Source: Candidatus Poribacteria bacterium
GTDB taxonomy: Bacteria > Poribacteria > WGA-4E > WGA-3G
DNA length: 64,000 bases
NCBI GenBank assembly: GCA_965214095.1
Contig: OZ243938.1
Coordinates: forward strand, 2,688,001-2,752,000
Direction of reading: 5' to 3'
This document shows positions 47,115-57,066 of the stretch, one piece after another. The number at the start of each line of letters is the position of its first letter. The first letter of the stretch is position 1. The position numbers were made by a program, and so were the translations under genes. The notes beneath the pieces are model-generated. The model saw nothing but the letters and a program-made list of their open reading frames with translations, ran no database searches and was not told where the DNA came from.

Positions 47115-49220
47115 TTGAAAAAATTATTCATTCTTATTTCACTTTCTTTATTCTCCGGAATACATCTATCTTTATTTAATGTATCTGCACAGAATTGCAC
47201 ACAATTAAGCTTACCAGAAAATGCAATAGCGCGTTTATGTACGCAAGATAATCAACCTTTTGTAGATTTAGATTTTTCTCCAGATGGTAAGACTTTAGCA
47301 AGTGTAGTCAATTGGGTACGGAAGGTAGTTCTATGGGATATTGAAAATAAGACAGCAAAAATGACTATTAATGACGTTAATGGGAAATATGTTAGGTATT
47401 CCCCAGATGGTAGGACACTTGTATGTGGTGATGTAATATATGACACAACAACTGGAGAACCTAAGCTGCTACTATTAGATGGTGAAGGATATAGAGATTA
47501 TGTCCTCTTTTCTCCGGACGGTAAAACCTTAGCGGGAGCAGGACCAAAGGGAATTCGTTTTTGGAAATCAAATGTAGACGAACCAAATACAGATGCGTTG
47601 CCTGTAGGTGAAAGACCTATAAATGTCCTACCTACAGATGCATCGGTTATAGAAATGCCTGAAGCGAGTCCCACATCAGTTCCCTTTGCCACATCATCAA
47701 CAACAGTGACTGGGATTAAAGGATTAAGTTATTCTCCTGATGGGAAAGAATTAGCCGTAGCTTGTAGACTTGGTATTTGGGTATATAATACAGAACAAAA
47801 TACCGAAGTCGTATTACTTAAAAATCGAGATGATCAGGTTTTCTCTGTATCATATTCTCCAGATGGGAATATTTTAGCAGCGGGTGATCATCATAACATT
47901 TATTTACATGATACCAAAACAAAGAATTTGAAATTTAAATTTGACCGTAATTTCTGGATTATTTCATCACTTATCTTTCAAGACAATAATACACTTATAA
48001 GCAGTGATGCTCATGGCATAAATTTTCTTGATACTACAACTTTTGAATATAAACGGATATTATCCACAGAAGGCTTTCACTTTCACATGGCAATTTCTCC
48101 TGACGGTAATATATTAGCTGCTTCAGGTCGTGATGACACAGTTTTACTATACGATTTAATATCCTATCCAATTGTTAGCATTACACCAGATTCGGTTACA
48201 TCTTTAGCTGTCGGAGAAGAATTAGCATTTGATGTCAAAATTACGAACGGCAAAAACCTATCAGGTTATCAAGCAACAATAGAGTACGATCTAGACTCAC
48301 TTGAATATGTAGAAACAAAATATGGAGATTATTTATCTGGTGGAGTACCCGTTCAACCGATTGTTAGTACACGCAATGGCACAATACAACTCGCAGCACT
48401 CTCCTTAACGGGTGTTGAAAGCAATGGTGATGGAGTTATCGCAACGATTAAATTCAAAGTCAAAGCAATTAGGACTTCAAAATTAGGTTTACGAGATGTT
48501 ATCTTAACTAACAGTGAAGGGAAAGAATCTTATGCCTGGATTGATGGTGCACAATTACTAAAAACCGTGATTACAGAGGATGGAGAAAGTGTAACTTGCT
48601 CAACAAATATCAGCGAAGACGTGAATAAGGATTGTATTGTCAATATCCAAGATTTAGTGCTTGTTGCCACTAAGTTCGGAGATAGAGGCGGCATTCCAGC
48701 AGATGTTAATGGTGACGGAACGGTCAATATCGTAGATCTTGTCTTAGTCGCTGGTGCTTTTGGAAATACAGCGGACGCACCCGCAATCTATGCGGAGGGA
48801 CAAGAGATGCTCTCTGCGTTCAATGTGCAGCAATGGTTGCGTGAAGCGCGGACAGTTAACTCAATGGATCCTACTTTTCAACGAGGGATTCTCGTGCTTG
48901 AACAACTTCTGATGGCAGTACTTCCGCAAGAAACAGCACTTTTGTCTAACTATCCAAATCCATTCAATCCAGAGACGTGGATACCGTATCAGTTAGCAAC
49001 ACCTACCCCTGTCTTCATATCTATCTATTCTGCGGGTGGTAAGTTGGTTCGGACGCTGGCAATGGGTAATCAACCTGCGGGACTTTATCAGCATCGGAAC
49101 CGTGCGGCATATTGGGATGGGAAGAACAATGTTGGTGAGGCTGTATCAAGCGGAGTTTATTTCTATACCTTAACCGCAGGTGAATTCTCTGCAACGCGTA
49201 AGATGTTGATTTTGAAATAA
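47115..49220 (+). CDS. Secreted WD40 + cohesin-like + dockerin/EF-hand + FlgD/T9SS-like C-terminal domain protein
   Basis: SPDG repeats; GYQATIEYD..GDGVIATIKF; DVNKDCIVNIQDLV / DVNGDGTVNIVDLV; NYPNPFNPETWIPY..WDG.N..G..VSSGVYFY. Confidence 0.9.
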   Translation: MKKLFILISLSLFSGIHLSLFNVSAQNCTQLSLPENAIARLCTQDNQPFVDLDFSPDGKTLASVVNWVRKVVLWDIENKTAKMTINDVNGKYVRYSPDGRTLVCGDVIYDTTTGEPKLLLLDGEGYRDYVLFSPDGKTLAGAGPKGIRFWKSNVDEPNTDALPVGERPINVLPTDASVIEMPEASPTSVPFATSSTTVTGIKGLSYSPDGKELAVACRLGIWVYNTEQNTEVVLLKNRDDQVFSVSYSPDGNILAAGDHHNIYLHDTKTKNLKFKFDRNFWIISSLIFQDNNTLISSDAHGINFLDTTTFEYKRILSTEGFHFHMAISPDGNILAASGRDDTVLLYDLISYPIVSITPDSVTSLAVGEELAFDVKITNGKNLSGYQATIEYDLDSLEYVETKYGDYLSGGVPVQPIVSTRNGTIQLAALSLTGVESNGDGVIATIKFKVKAIRTSKLGLRDVILTNSEGKESYAWIDGAQLLKTVITEDGESVTCSTNISEDVNKDCIVNIQDLVLVATKFGDRGGIPADVNGDGTVNIVDLVLVAGAFGNTADAPAIYAEGQEMLSAFNVQQWLREARTVNSMDPTFQRGILVLEQLLMAVLPQETALLSNYPNPFNPETWIPYQLATPTPVFISIYSAGGKLVRTLAMGNQPAGLYQHRNRAAYWDGKNNVGEAVSSGVYFYTLTAGEFSATRKMLILK

Positions 49221-49260
49221 ATGATAATGTATGGTATAATGATATAAGGAGAATAATACA

Positions 49261-49500
49261 ATGCATATCTCACCCATCTATAAGGAAATCATAGATTTCA
49301 TCGCTGCAGGCACGACACCTCAAAATTTGGTAGAGTTTCGTCCTTCAAAAGAAGCAAAAGAACGGGTAGCAGATCTGATTCATCGTGAAAAGACAACTGG
49401 GTTGACATCTGAAGAAACAGCAGAACTCAACCACTGTTTGCAACTTGAGCATCTGATGCGTCTTGCAAAATCCAGCGCACGGCACTATCTGAAAGAATGA
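49261..49500 (+). CDS. Small conserved protein, antitoxin-like partner of the HNH gene
   Basis: YKEIIDFIAAG.TP...F.PS; ATGA overlap with the HNH gene. Confidence 0.7.
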   Translation: MHISPIYKEIIDFIAAGTTPQNLVEFRPSKEAKERVADLIHREKTTGLTSEETAELNHCLQLEHLMRLAKSSARHYLKE

Positions 49501-49940
49501 GTCGAACATACGTTTCTACTGCACTAAGACAGTTAGTCAAGACACGTGCAAATGGGTTATGTGAGTATTGTCTTATCCACGAAGAGGATACTTACTTTGG
49601 CTGTCAAGTAGACCATATTATCAGCGAAAAGCATGGTGGGTCAACTGAAGAAAATAACCTTGCTTACGCGTGCTCGTATTGTAACCGCAGCAAAGGTAGT
49701 GATATAGGTTCTATTGTGTTTCAGACCGAACAATTTAGTCGTTTCTTTAATCCGAGAATTGATCTATGGACAAACCACTTTAGGTTAGAAGGCGTAGAAA
49801 TAGTTACTCTCACACCTATTGGAGAAGTCACCGCCCGTATTTTGGATTTTAACCATGTTGATCGGTTGATTGAACGGCAGGAATTGGCAGGTCTTGGTCA
49901 ATATCCTTCACCAGATGCTCTCATGTTGATTGCAAAATAA
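49497..49940 (+). CDS. HNH endonuclease
   Basis: CEYC, VDHII..HGG, NLAYACSYCN..K. Confidence 0.92.
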   Translation: MSRTYVSTALRQLVKTRANGLCEYCLIHEEDTYFGCQVDHIISEKHGGSTEENNLAYACSYCNRSKGSDIGSIVFQTEQFSRFFNPRIDLWTNHFRLEGVEIVTLTPIGEVTARILDFNHVDRLIERQELAGLGQYPSPDALMLIAK

Positions 49941-49955
49941 CTCAACGATTCTATC

Positions 49956-50957
49956 CTACCGTGCACCCACTACACCAACAGCCTTACGAACCTTTCTCAT
50001 AATTGGCACAGCGATATCACGCGCTTTTTTGGCACCGCTCTCAAGCACTTTGTCCAATTCTCCGCGATTTTCCATCAACAGATTATATTGATTACGTTGT
50101 GCAGAAAACGTAGTCTCTAACAATTCAAATAGATCTTTTTTCATGTCACCATACGCGAGTCCACCGTCAACATAGAGTTGCCGTTTTGCTTCAACTGCAT
50201 CCGCATCCGCAAAGTGACGATAGATAGCAAAGACATTACATTCATCCGGATCCTTCGGTTCTTCAGGACGTTTGGAATCTGTAACAATACGCATCACCTG
50301 TTTTCTGACTTGGTTTGATGGTGCAAAAATCGGGATAACATTGTTATAACTTTTGCTCATTTTCCTGCCATCAAGTCCAGTGATTGTCATCACCTCTTTC
50401 CGAATAACTGCTTCTGGCACAACCAACACTTCACGATAATTATTATTAAACATCATAGCGACATCACGCGTGATTTCAAGGTGTTGTTGTTGGTCAAGTC
50501 CTACAGGAACGACGTGAGACCCGTATAGCAGTATATCTGCCGCCATCAGAACTGGATACGTATACAGACCCGTGTTGATACCTTTGTCCTCTTCGCGTCC
50601 CGCCGCCACATTATCATCCACAATAGTCTTGTATGCATGTGCTCGGTTAAGCAATCCTTTTGAAGTCCAGCAGGCTAACACCCATGCCAACTCGAATACC
50701 TCTGGTATATCAGATTGGCGAAAGAAAATCACATTGTCTGGGTTCAATCCTAATGCCAACCAAGTCGCTGTCACCTGATATGTCAAATCTTCCAATTCTT
50801 TCTTGTTCTTCACAGTGGTAAGTGCGTGGTAATCTGCAATGAAATAGAGTGCCTGATAATCCTGTGCAAGTTCAAGCGCAGGTTTGATCATACCGAGATA
50901 ATTACCGATATGGGGTTGTCCTGTCGGTTTTATACCCGTTAATGCTATCTGTTTCAA
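49956..50957 (-). CDS. trpS: Tryptophanyl-tRNA synthetase
   Basis: HIGN, YPVLMAADIL, VPVG.DQ, KMSKSY. Confidence 0.97.
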   Translation of the reverse strand: MKQIALTGIKPTGQPHIGNYLGMIKPALELAQDYQALYFIADYHALTTVKNKKELEDLTYQVTATWLALGLNPDNVIFFRQSDIPEVFELAWVLACWTSKGLLNRAHAYKTIVDDNVAAGREEDKGINTGLYTYPVLMAADILLYGSHVVPVGLDQQQHLEITRDVAMMFNNNYREVLVVPEAVIRKEVMTITGLDGRKMSKSYNNVIPIFAPSNQVRKQVMRIVTDSKRPEEPKDPDECNVFAIYRHFADADAVEAKRQLYVDGGLAYGDMKKDLFELLETTFSAQRNQYNLLMENRGELDKVLESGAKKARDIAVPIMRKVRKAVGVVGAR

Positions 50958-51011
50958 TTCTGTTCTCCTATATTTATTCTAACCATATTATAGCCTACAG
51001 ATTCTGAGATG

Positions 51012-51878
51012 TCAATTCAACCTATGCACAAGCACCTTATCACCAGATTCTAATCCTAAATGTGCTTCTGCATTGCCTAAATTTATCGCAATTTCTAACA
51101 ACCCAAAACTGCCTATAATTGCCAACGGTTTACCTGCTTCAGATTCAGTATAAGTGCCATTCAATTTCTTAAGACTTGTATTACCCGCTATTATCTCAAA
51201 TTGAGCAGACACTATGTATTTATCAAGTTCTTTAACTGTATCTTCATTCGATTCAGATGATAACAAAAAATCAGCGAGCATATTTTCAGTGATATTCGTA
51301 ATTAGATTACCAAAGCTATCAATATTGACAATTTGTCCTGTTAATGTATCATGTGTAGTGTGGATCGCCGGGAAAGGAAATCGGATGAGTTCTCGGATCG
51401 GAGTACCGATATCTACAAGTGAAACACCGAGTGATAAATGCGCAGCAACAGGTGCGAATATATCTCTGCCGTGGAAAGTATTGCAAACTCTCGGTAGAAT
51501 GTAAGTTGGATTTTCAATGGATACTGCCTTTACCGTCTCAGTTTCTTCGGTTTCAATGTGCTGAAGCAGATAACTTAACACCCCGTTGTTAGGACAAACA
51601 AAGAAACCGTCATCCGTTTTGCAAACCATCGCTTGCCGATCACTGCCAACGCCAGGATCTACGATGACGACATGTATCGTTCCTTTTGGAAAAAAGCGAT
51701 ATGCTGAGTTGATTGTAAAGGCAGCCTCATGGATGTTTTGTGGGGTGATGGCATGTGTGATGTCTACAATCTGCACATTCGGATTGATGTTTAGGATGAC
51801 CCCTTTCATCACACCAACGTATACATCGCTTGTGCCAAAATCGGTTGTTAATGTGATGAAAGGAGTAGGTCTGTTCAT
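51012..51878 (-). CDS. SAM hydroxide adenosyltransferase (DUF62; fluorinase/chlorinase superfamily)
   Basis: TTDFG, VDPGVG..R, TFHGRDIFAP, DSFGNLITN. Confidence 0.9.
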   Translation of the reverse strand: MNRPTPFITLTTDFGTSDVYVGVMKGVILNINPNVQIVDITHAITPQNIHEAAFTINSAYRFFPKGTIHVVIVDPGVGSDRQAMVCKTDDGFFVCPNNGVLSYLLQHIETEETETVKAVSIENPTYILPRVCNTFHGRDIFAPVAAHLSLGVSLVDIGTPIRELIRFPFPAIHTTHDTLTGQIVNIDSFGNLITNITENMLADFLLSSESNEDTVKELDKYIVSAQFEIIAGNTSLKKLNGTYTESEAGKPLAIIGSFGLLEIAINLGNAEAHLGLESGDKVLVHRLN

Positions 51879-51906
51879 TATTTGAAGGACTCAGGTTGAG
51901 TCGAAA

Positions 51907-52728
51907 TTACAAATTTTCCTGCATCCAGGCAAAACTCTTCCGTTGGCCAGTGCCATCATTTTCTCTACCTTCATATTCACAACACCAGACACCGTCATAA
52001 CCTGCTTCTTTCAAACAACTGATTGCTTTTGCCAGATCGATCTCACCTTCACCGAGTGCTTCACCACGATAATTTCCGCGTGAACCTGTACCGTCTTTCA
52101 GGTGCGTGTGTAGTGTCCAAGGTGCAATGATCTCATAGTATCTGCCCACTGTCTCTAAATCATGTCCCGCCCAACGGTAATTCATCGTATCCATATTTGC
52201 ACCAACGTGCTTAGAACCTACCTGTTCAAACAGCTCAACTTGCAAATCACCATCATTGGTAACCAATCCGTGGTTGTCTACAGCCAAGTAGACATCATCA
52301 CGTTCAGCAAATTCAAGGCATCGCTTCAAGCATCCAGCCATTGCTTCTACCCAACGACTTTCAGGTACAGAATCTTTCATAGACCCGCCTTCTGTACGTA
52401 AAACCGAAGTTCCTACAAGTTTTGCCAGTCCAGCAATCCGTTCCATCCGCTCAACTTGTGTCTGAATAGTTTCCTCATCTAACACAACAAAGTCATTTCC
52501 TGCTCCGAGTGCTGAGACCTGCAAACCGTAAGATTCAACTTGTTCTCTAACAGATTCCGCGTTCTTTTCCGGTTCAGCGGTATCCGATTTCCAAACATCA
52601 CCGATGGAAAGTTCAACGTACCCGAATCCTGTTTCGCTTGTAAATTTAAGGAAATCGTCAAGTGAATTGCCTGCGTAGTTATAATGGATTAATCCAAGTT
52701 TTGACATGATTGTATTCGTTCCTTCCAA
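51907..52728 (-). CDS. Sugar phosphate isomerase/epimerase (xylose isomerase-like TIM barrel)
   Basis: DNHG, MDTMN, HTHLKD, GEG.ID, GY.G...EYE. Confidence 0.88.
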   Translation of the reverse strand: MEGTNTIMSKLGLIHYNYAGNSLDDFLKFTSETGFGYVELSIGDVWKSDTAEPEKNAESVREQVESYGLQVSALGAGNDFVVLDEETIQTQVERMERIAGLAKLVGTSVLRTEGGSMKDSVPESRWVEAMAGCLKRCLEFAERDDVYLAVDNHGLVTNDGDLQVELFEQVGSKHVGANMDTMNYRWAGHDLETVGRYYEIIAPWTLHTHLKDGTGSRGNYRGEALGEGEIDLAKAISCLKEAGYDGVWCCEYEGRENDGTGQRKSFAWMQENL

Positions 52729-52738
52729 TAAAGAATTC

Positions 52739-52767
52739 TTGCATATATTTATGTGTTATGCTATAAT
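52739..52767 (+). promoter_or_regulatory. sigma70-like promoter for mqnE-mqnA
   Basis: TTGCAT-N17-TATAAT with extended -10 TG. Confidence 0.6.
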
Positions 52768-52833
52768 ACCTTTATAGTAGGATTGCTGTCAAGGAGAATC
52801 TTGAATACTGATTATGAATAGGTATAGACAATA

Positions 52834-53970
52834 ATGGAGAAATATAAAACTTTTACAGACCCGAAATTACATGATATTTACGAAAAAGTCATAGCAGAAG
52901 AACGTCTCTCTTTTCAAGAAGGGGTTACACTTTACGAAAGTTCTGATATTAATGGGGTTGGATTCATAGCGAACCATGTTCGTGAACGTCTAAACGGAAA
53001 CGTCACATACTACAATATCAACCAACACATAGACTATTCCAATGTGTGTATACTCCATGCGCGATGCCATTTTTGTGCTTTTGCACGGAAAAACATGCAA
53101 ACTGAAGGTGCATGGGAGATGAGTGTTGACGAATTTTTGGATAAAGCGATGTATTCTATCCAACACGGATGTACGGAAATACATAGTGTCGGAGGTCTGC
53201 ACCCGAAACTCCCGTTTGACTACTATCTACAGATTATCCGTGGTCTCAAAGAACGTATGCCCGATGTTCACCTAAAATTCTTTACTGCGGTTGAGATACA
53301 CCATTTTTCACGTATATTTAAAATGTCTATAGAGGAAGTATTAACGCAGCTAAGTGAAGCGGGTTTAGATTCAATTCCTGGAGGTGGTGCGGAAATATTT
53401 GCAGAAGAGACGCGTGAGAAAATCTGTCCCGGTAAACTAAGTGCCGAAGGTTGGCTTGAAATACACGGTATTGCTCATAGACTCGGTATTCCAACAAACG
53501 CAACGATGTTGTATGGACATCTTGAAACAGTTGAGGACAGAGTTGACCATCTCATCAGATTACGCGAACAGCAGGATAAATCCGATGGGTTCGTAACGTT
53601 CATTCCGCTTGCGTTTCATCCAGCGAACACCCGCATGGCTTATCTTCCCTCAACGTCAGGCTTGACCGATCTGCGAAACATCGCTGTATCACGACTAATC
53701 TTGGACAATATACCCCATATAAAAGTATATTGGATCATGACTGGGTTGAAAACGGCACAAATAGCACTCAGTTTTGGTTCTGACGACATCGATGGGACAG
53801 TGACAGAGGAAAAGATTACACACATGGCGGGGGCAGATACGCCAGAAGCTGTTTCAGTAGAGGCACTCACACGGCTCATTGAAGAAGCAGGTTATATTCC
53901 AGTAGAACGCGATACGTTGTATAATGAGATAATTCGAGAGGGAAATCAGTGGCACAGAAAAGCTGCTTGA
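52834..53970 (+). CDS. mqnE: Aminofutalosine synthase (radical SAM)
   Basis: VGGLHP, FTAVEI, PGGGAEIF, NATMLYGH, FIPLAF, HIKVYW, DGTV.EEKI.HMAG; adjacent to mqnA. Confidence 0.9.
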   Translation: MEKYKTFTDPKLHDIYEKVIAEERLSFQEGVTLYESSDINGVGFIANHVRERLNGNVTYYNINQHIDYSNVCILHARCHFCAFARKNMQTEGAWEMSVDEFLDKAMYSIQHGCTEIHSVGGLHPKLPFDYYLQIIRGLKERMPDVHLKFFTAVEIHHFSRIFKMSIEEVLTQLSEAGLDSIPGGGAEIFAEETREKICPGKLSAEGWLEIHGIAHRLGIPTNATMLYGHLETVEDRVDHLIRLREQQDKSDGFVTFIPLAFHPANTRMAYLPSTSGLTDLRNIAVSRLILDNIPHIKVYWIMTGLKTAQIALSFGSDDIDGTVTEEKITHMAGADTPEAVSVEALTRLIEEAGYIPVERDTLYNEIIREGNQWHRKAA

Positions 53971-54776
53971 GGATAGGTGCAGTATCGTTCTTGAATACGA
54001 AACCACTCATCTATCCGCTCTTGAACGGACAACTTCAAACAGAACAAATATCGCTTAGCGTTAGAGTTCCGAGTAGCCTTGCATCTCAATTAAGTATTGG
54101 TGAGTTAGATATCGGTTTAATTCCGATAATAGAATACTTTCGTGCAAATGCTACGGGAGTAGGTTACCGTATTCTTCCAAACATTGCGATTGGCTCGCGT
54201 GGAAGTGTCTTAAGTATCCAATTGTTCAGTCGTGTCCCAATCCAGGATATTCAACATATCTCATTAGATACAAGTTCGCGTTCATCTGTTGCACTACTAA
54301 AAATCTTACTCGCTGAAAAATATCAAATAAACCCAACGTTTAGGTCTTGTACCCCATCAATTGATCCCGTTACTGCAGATACAGATGCAGTGTTGCTCAT
54401 TGGAGATGCAGCACTCAAAAACATCGGAGCAACAGAATATAGCATTGATCTGGGGGAAGAATGGCAAAGATTAACAGGATTACCTTTCGTATACGCTTGT
54501 TGGGTAGCGAGGAAAGAGGTTAATCTTCAAAACGTGCCACAACTGCTAATAGAATCAAAAATACTTGGAATTAAACAGATTCCTGAAATTGCACAGATTG
54601 AAGCAACAAAACTCGGTTTCCCCGAAACCCTCTGTAGAGACTACCTGCAACACCACATCAATTATGATTTAGACCAGACGGCAATTGCGGGACTTGAGCT
54701 TTATTACAAACTTGCTGTAAAACACAAACTTGTTGAATCTGAAAAAACATTACCATTAAAAATTGTAGACTTATAA
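53967..54776 (+). CDS. mqnA: Chorismate dehydratase (futalosine pathway)
   Basis: RIGAVSFLNTKPL, V.SI.LFS, SRSSV.L, LLIGD.AL, DLG.EW..LTGLPFVYA.W; exact start uncertain. Confidence 0.9.
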   Translation: MRIGAVSFLNTKPLIYPLLNGQLQTEQISLSVRVPSSLASQLSIGELDIGLIPIIEYFRANATGVGYRILPNIAIGSRGSVLSIQLFSRVPIQDIQHISLDTSSRSSVALLKILLAEKYQINPTFRSCTPSIDPVTADTDAVLLIGDAALKNIGATEYSIDLGEEWQRLTGLPFVYACWVARKEVNLQNVPQLLIESKILGIKQIPEIAQIEATKLGFPETLCRDYLQHHINYDLDQTAIAGLELYYKLAVKHKLVESEKTLPLKIVDL

Positions 54777-54880
54777 CGTGAGTTCGGTATAAGCAATTCT
54801 TTATAGTGCAAACTTTATGAGGATTAAGAAATAAATTGGGTAATTTCCTTGAGAAGTCCGGTGCGGTTAGGAAACCGCAC

Positions 54881-56368
54881 CATAGGCGTCAATTTAAGGA
54901 TGCACCAAGACCGATAAGTGTCAACTTTTAATCAGAGGAAGTATAAATTATGAAATAAAACTTCTGTAAAAATGAAAACACCTCATATATAATGTAGATA
55001 TAGATTTATTATGGTCTACAAAGAGGTGTTTCCTAATGAATACATTATCACAAGTTCCCAAAGAAATGCAACATATTCTTACAACTATAGCCAATGATGC
55101 AGCTCTCAATACAGGTTTTGTCAAAAGAAGTTGTAAACTCAACGGTAGTCGTTTTGCTCAAATACTCATTTGGACTTGGTTAGAAAACCCAGATGCCACC
55201 TATACACAACTTGCGCAAACCGCTGGTGTGCTGGGGATTTCAATCTCACGACAAGCCATTGAACAACGATTTACATCTGAAGCAGCAGAGACCCTGAAAG
55301 TTATCCTTGATGCTACTGCGTCCAAGGTTATTTCTGCCGACCCGCAAACGCTTCCGCTCCTTGAAAAGTTCACTGGTGTCTATTTACAAGATAGTTCTTG
55401 GATTACACTCCCTGATGTGCTCCACGAAACTTGGGAAGGTGGAAGCAAAAAGAATAAACCGAACACAGCTGCCGTGAAACTCCACCTGCGTTTTGATAGT
55501 GCCACAGGCACTTTTGAACACTTTGAACTGACCAATGGTATCACCGCTGATAGTGCTATTGAAAAGCAGATTGACATGCTACCCGCCGGCAGTTTGCGCC
55601 TCGCAGACCTCGGCTATTATTCACTTGATACCTTCAAAAGACTTTCCGATGCAAACGTCTTTTGGATATCACGCTACAAAGTCCAGTGTTTTCTCTATGA
55701 TGAAACAGGTGCCCCTTTTTGCTTGCTAAAATGGCTCAAGAAGGGTTCTAATAACTTCAAGGACAAACAAATCTTTATAGGTAAAAACAAGCGTCTCAAA
55801 GCACGATTAGTTGTTCAAAGACTTTCAGAAACAGAAACCCAACAGCGTATTAAGGAGATAAAACATCGTGCAAAGCGGAAGTATACGAAACCTTCACCCA
55901 AACGACTTCAGCTCGCAAGATGGAATATCTACATTACTAATATAAAAGTAGACCATCTGACTGCTGAACAGATTTGTGCTGTCGCACGCATCCGATGGCA
56001 GGTTGAGTTGATGTTCAAGTGCTTCAAAAGCATTGGAAAAGTTGATACCTCCCGTAGCGACAAGCCATATAGAATCTTATGTGAGTTATATGCAAAACTC
56101 ATCGTCGCAATTATGCGGCACTGGATCATGTTAAGGGTCGGTTGGCGATGTCTAAAACATAGTCTAACAAAAACAGCAGAACTTATTAGCACCTTCGCAC
56201 GCACACTTGCAATAGGTTTCCGCAAGTCTATAATGTCTTTTCGGCAAACTTTTGATGAAATAAAACACGCTTTCCAAAATGGGTGCTACATTGAGAGACG
56301 TGCTAATAGAGACACAACATTAGAACACCTTGAAAATGCAGCAAAAAATCACTAAATTGACGCTTATG
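54881..56368 (+). mobile_element. IS4-family insertion sequence (1488 bp) inside a REP hairpin
   Basis: TIRs CATAGGCGTCAATTTA / TAAATTGACGCTTATG (15/16); flanking 20-bp direct repeat GTGCGGTTAGGAAACCGCAC. Confidence 0.9.
55036..56355 (+). CDS. IS4-family DDE transposase
   Basis: QDSS, ADLGYYS, YITN, RWQVELMFK; stop codon lies in the right TIR. Confidence 0.93.
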   Translation: MNTLSQVPKEMQHILTTIANDAALNTGFVKRSCKLNGSRFAQILIWTWLENPDATYTQLAQTAGVLGISISRQAIEQRFTSEAAETLKVILDATASKVISADPQTLPLLEKFTGVYLQDSSWITLPDVLHETWEGGSKKNKPNTAAVKLHLRFDSATGTFEHFELTNGITADSAIEKQIDMLPAGSLRLADLGYYSLDTFKRLSDANVFWISRYKVQCFLYDETGAPFCLLKWLKKGSNNFKDKQIFIGKNKRLKARLVVQRLSETETQQRIKEIKHRAKRKYTKPSPKRLQLARWNIYITNIKVDHLTAEQICAVARIRWQVELMFKCFKSIGKVDTSRSDKPYRILCELYAKLIVAIMRHWIMLRVGWRCLKHSLTKTAELISTFARTLAIGFRKSIMSFRQTFDEIKHAFQNGCYIERRANRDTTLEHLENAAKNH

Positions 56369-56556
56369 GTGCGGTTAGGAAACCGCACCTACCGGGTTTG
56401 GGTAAATGAGAATTACCCGTTTAATAAATTAATCTTCATTTAGTTTGCGTACACGAATGCATAGACTAAAAGTCTGTGCTACCTAAGAAATCTAATACAA
56501 ACGTCAACGAAGTCAGAAAATACTTGTAATAAATACAACACAAAATAGGTTAAAAA

Positions 56557-57066
56557 ATGAACGCTGATGAAGAAATTACCACTGCTGATGACTTTACACA
56601 ACAGTTCGAAGATTTTCTTAAAAGTTCTGGACTTCGTCTAACACAGAAGCGTATGGATGTTTTGAACCAAGTCTTCGCCTACCCTGGACACTTTCAGACA
56701 GAAGATCTTTTGGTACAGATGCGTCAAAACGGGTACAACGTTTCTCGTCCGACTATCTATCGCACTCTCCCGCTTCTTGTAAGAAGCGGTTTACTGACAG
56801 AATTTATTGATGCACAGAAAAACACGCGTTACGAGAGCATTCATTCTCTTAAGGAGCATGCCCACCTCATCTGCCTCCGATGTGGACAGATTGTTGAATT
56901 CAAAGAACCGCAGATTGATGCATTGCAAAAAGCAGTGTGTGAAGCACACCAATTTAAACCGGTGCGCTTCCGAAATGAGATAATCGGACACTGTTCTGAA
57001 TGTCAGGCTGAATTAGAGGCAACTGCTTCACCAGAAGCAGAACCGTCAGAAGTTAACGATTCTTGA
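56557..57066 (+). CDS. fur: Fur-family transcriptional regulator
   Basis: GLRLT..R, VSRPTIYRTL, HAHLICLRCG, G.CSEC. Confidence 0.92.
   Translation: MNADEEITTADDFTQQFEDFLKSSGLRLTQKRMDVLNQVFAYPGHFQTEDLLVQMRQNGYNVSRPTIYRTLPLLVRSGLLTEFIDAQKNTRYESIHSLKEHAHLICLRCGQIVEFKEPQIDALQKAVCEAHQFKPVRFRNEIIGHCSECQAELEATASPEAEPSEVNDS

Noticed and set aside
51012-51878. Fluorinase/chlorinase for halogenated natural products
   Set aside because: Has the FHGRD motif typical of DUF62 SAM hydrolases and sits next to trpS, with no biosynthetic cluster nearby.
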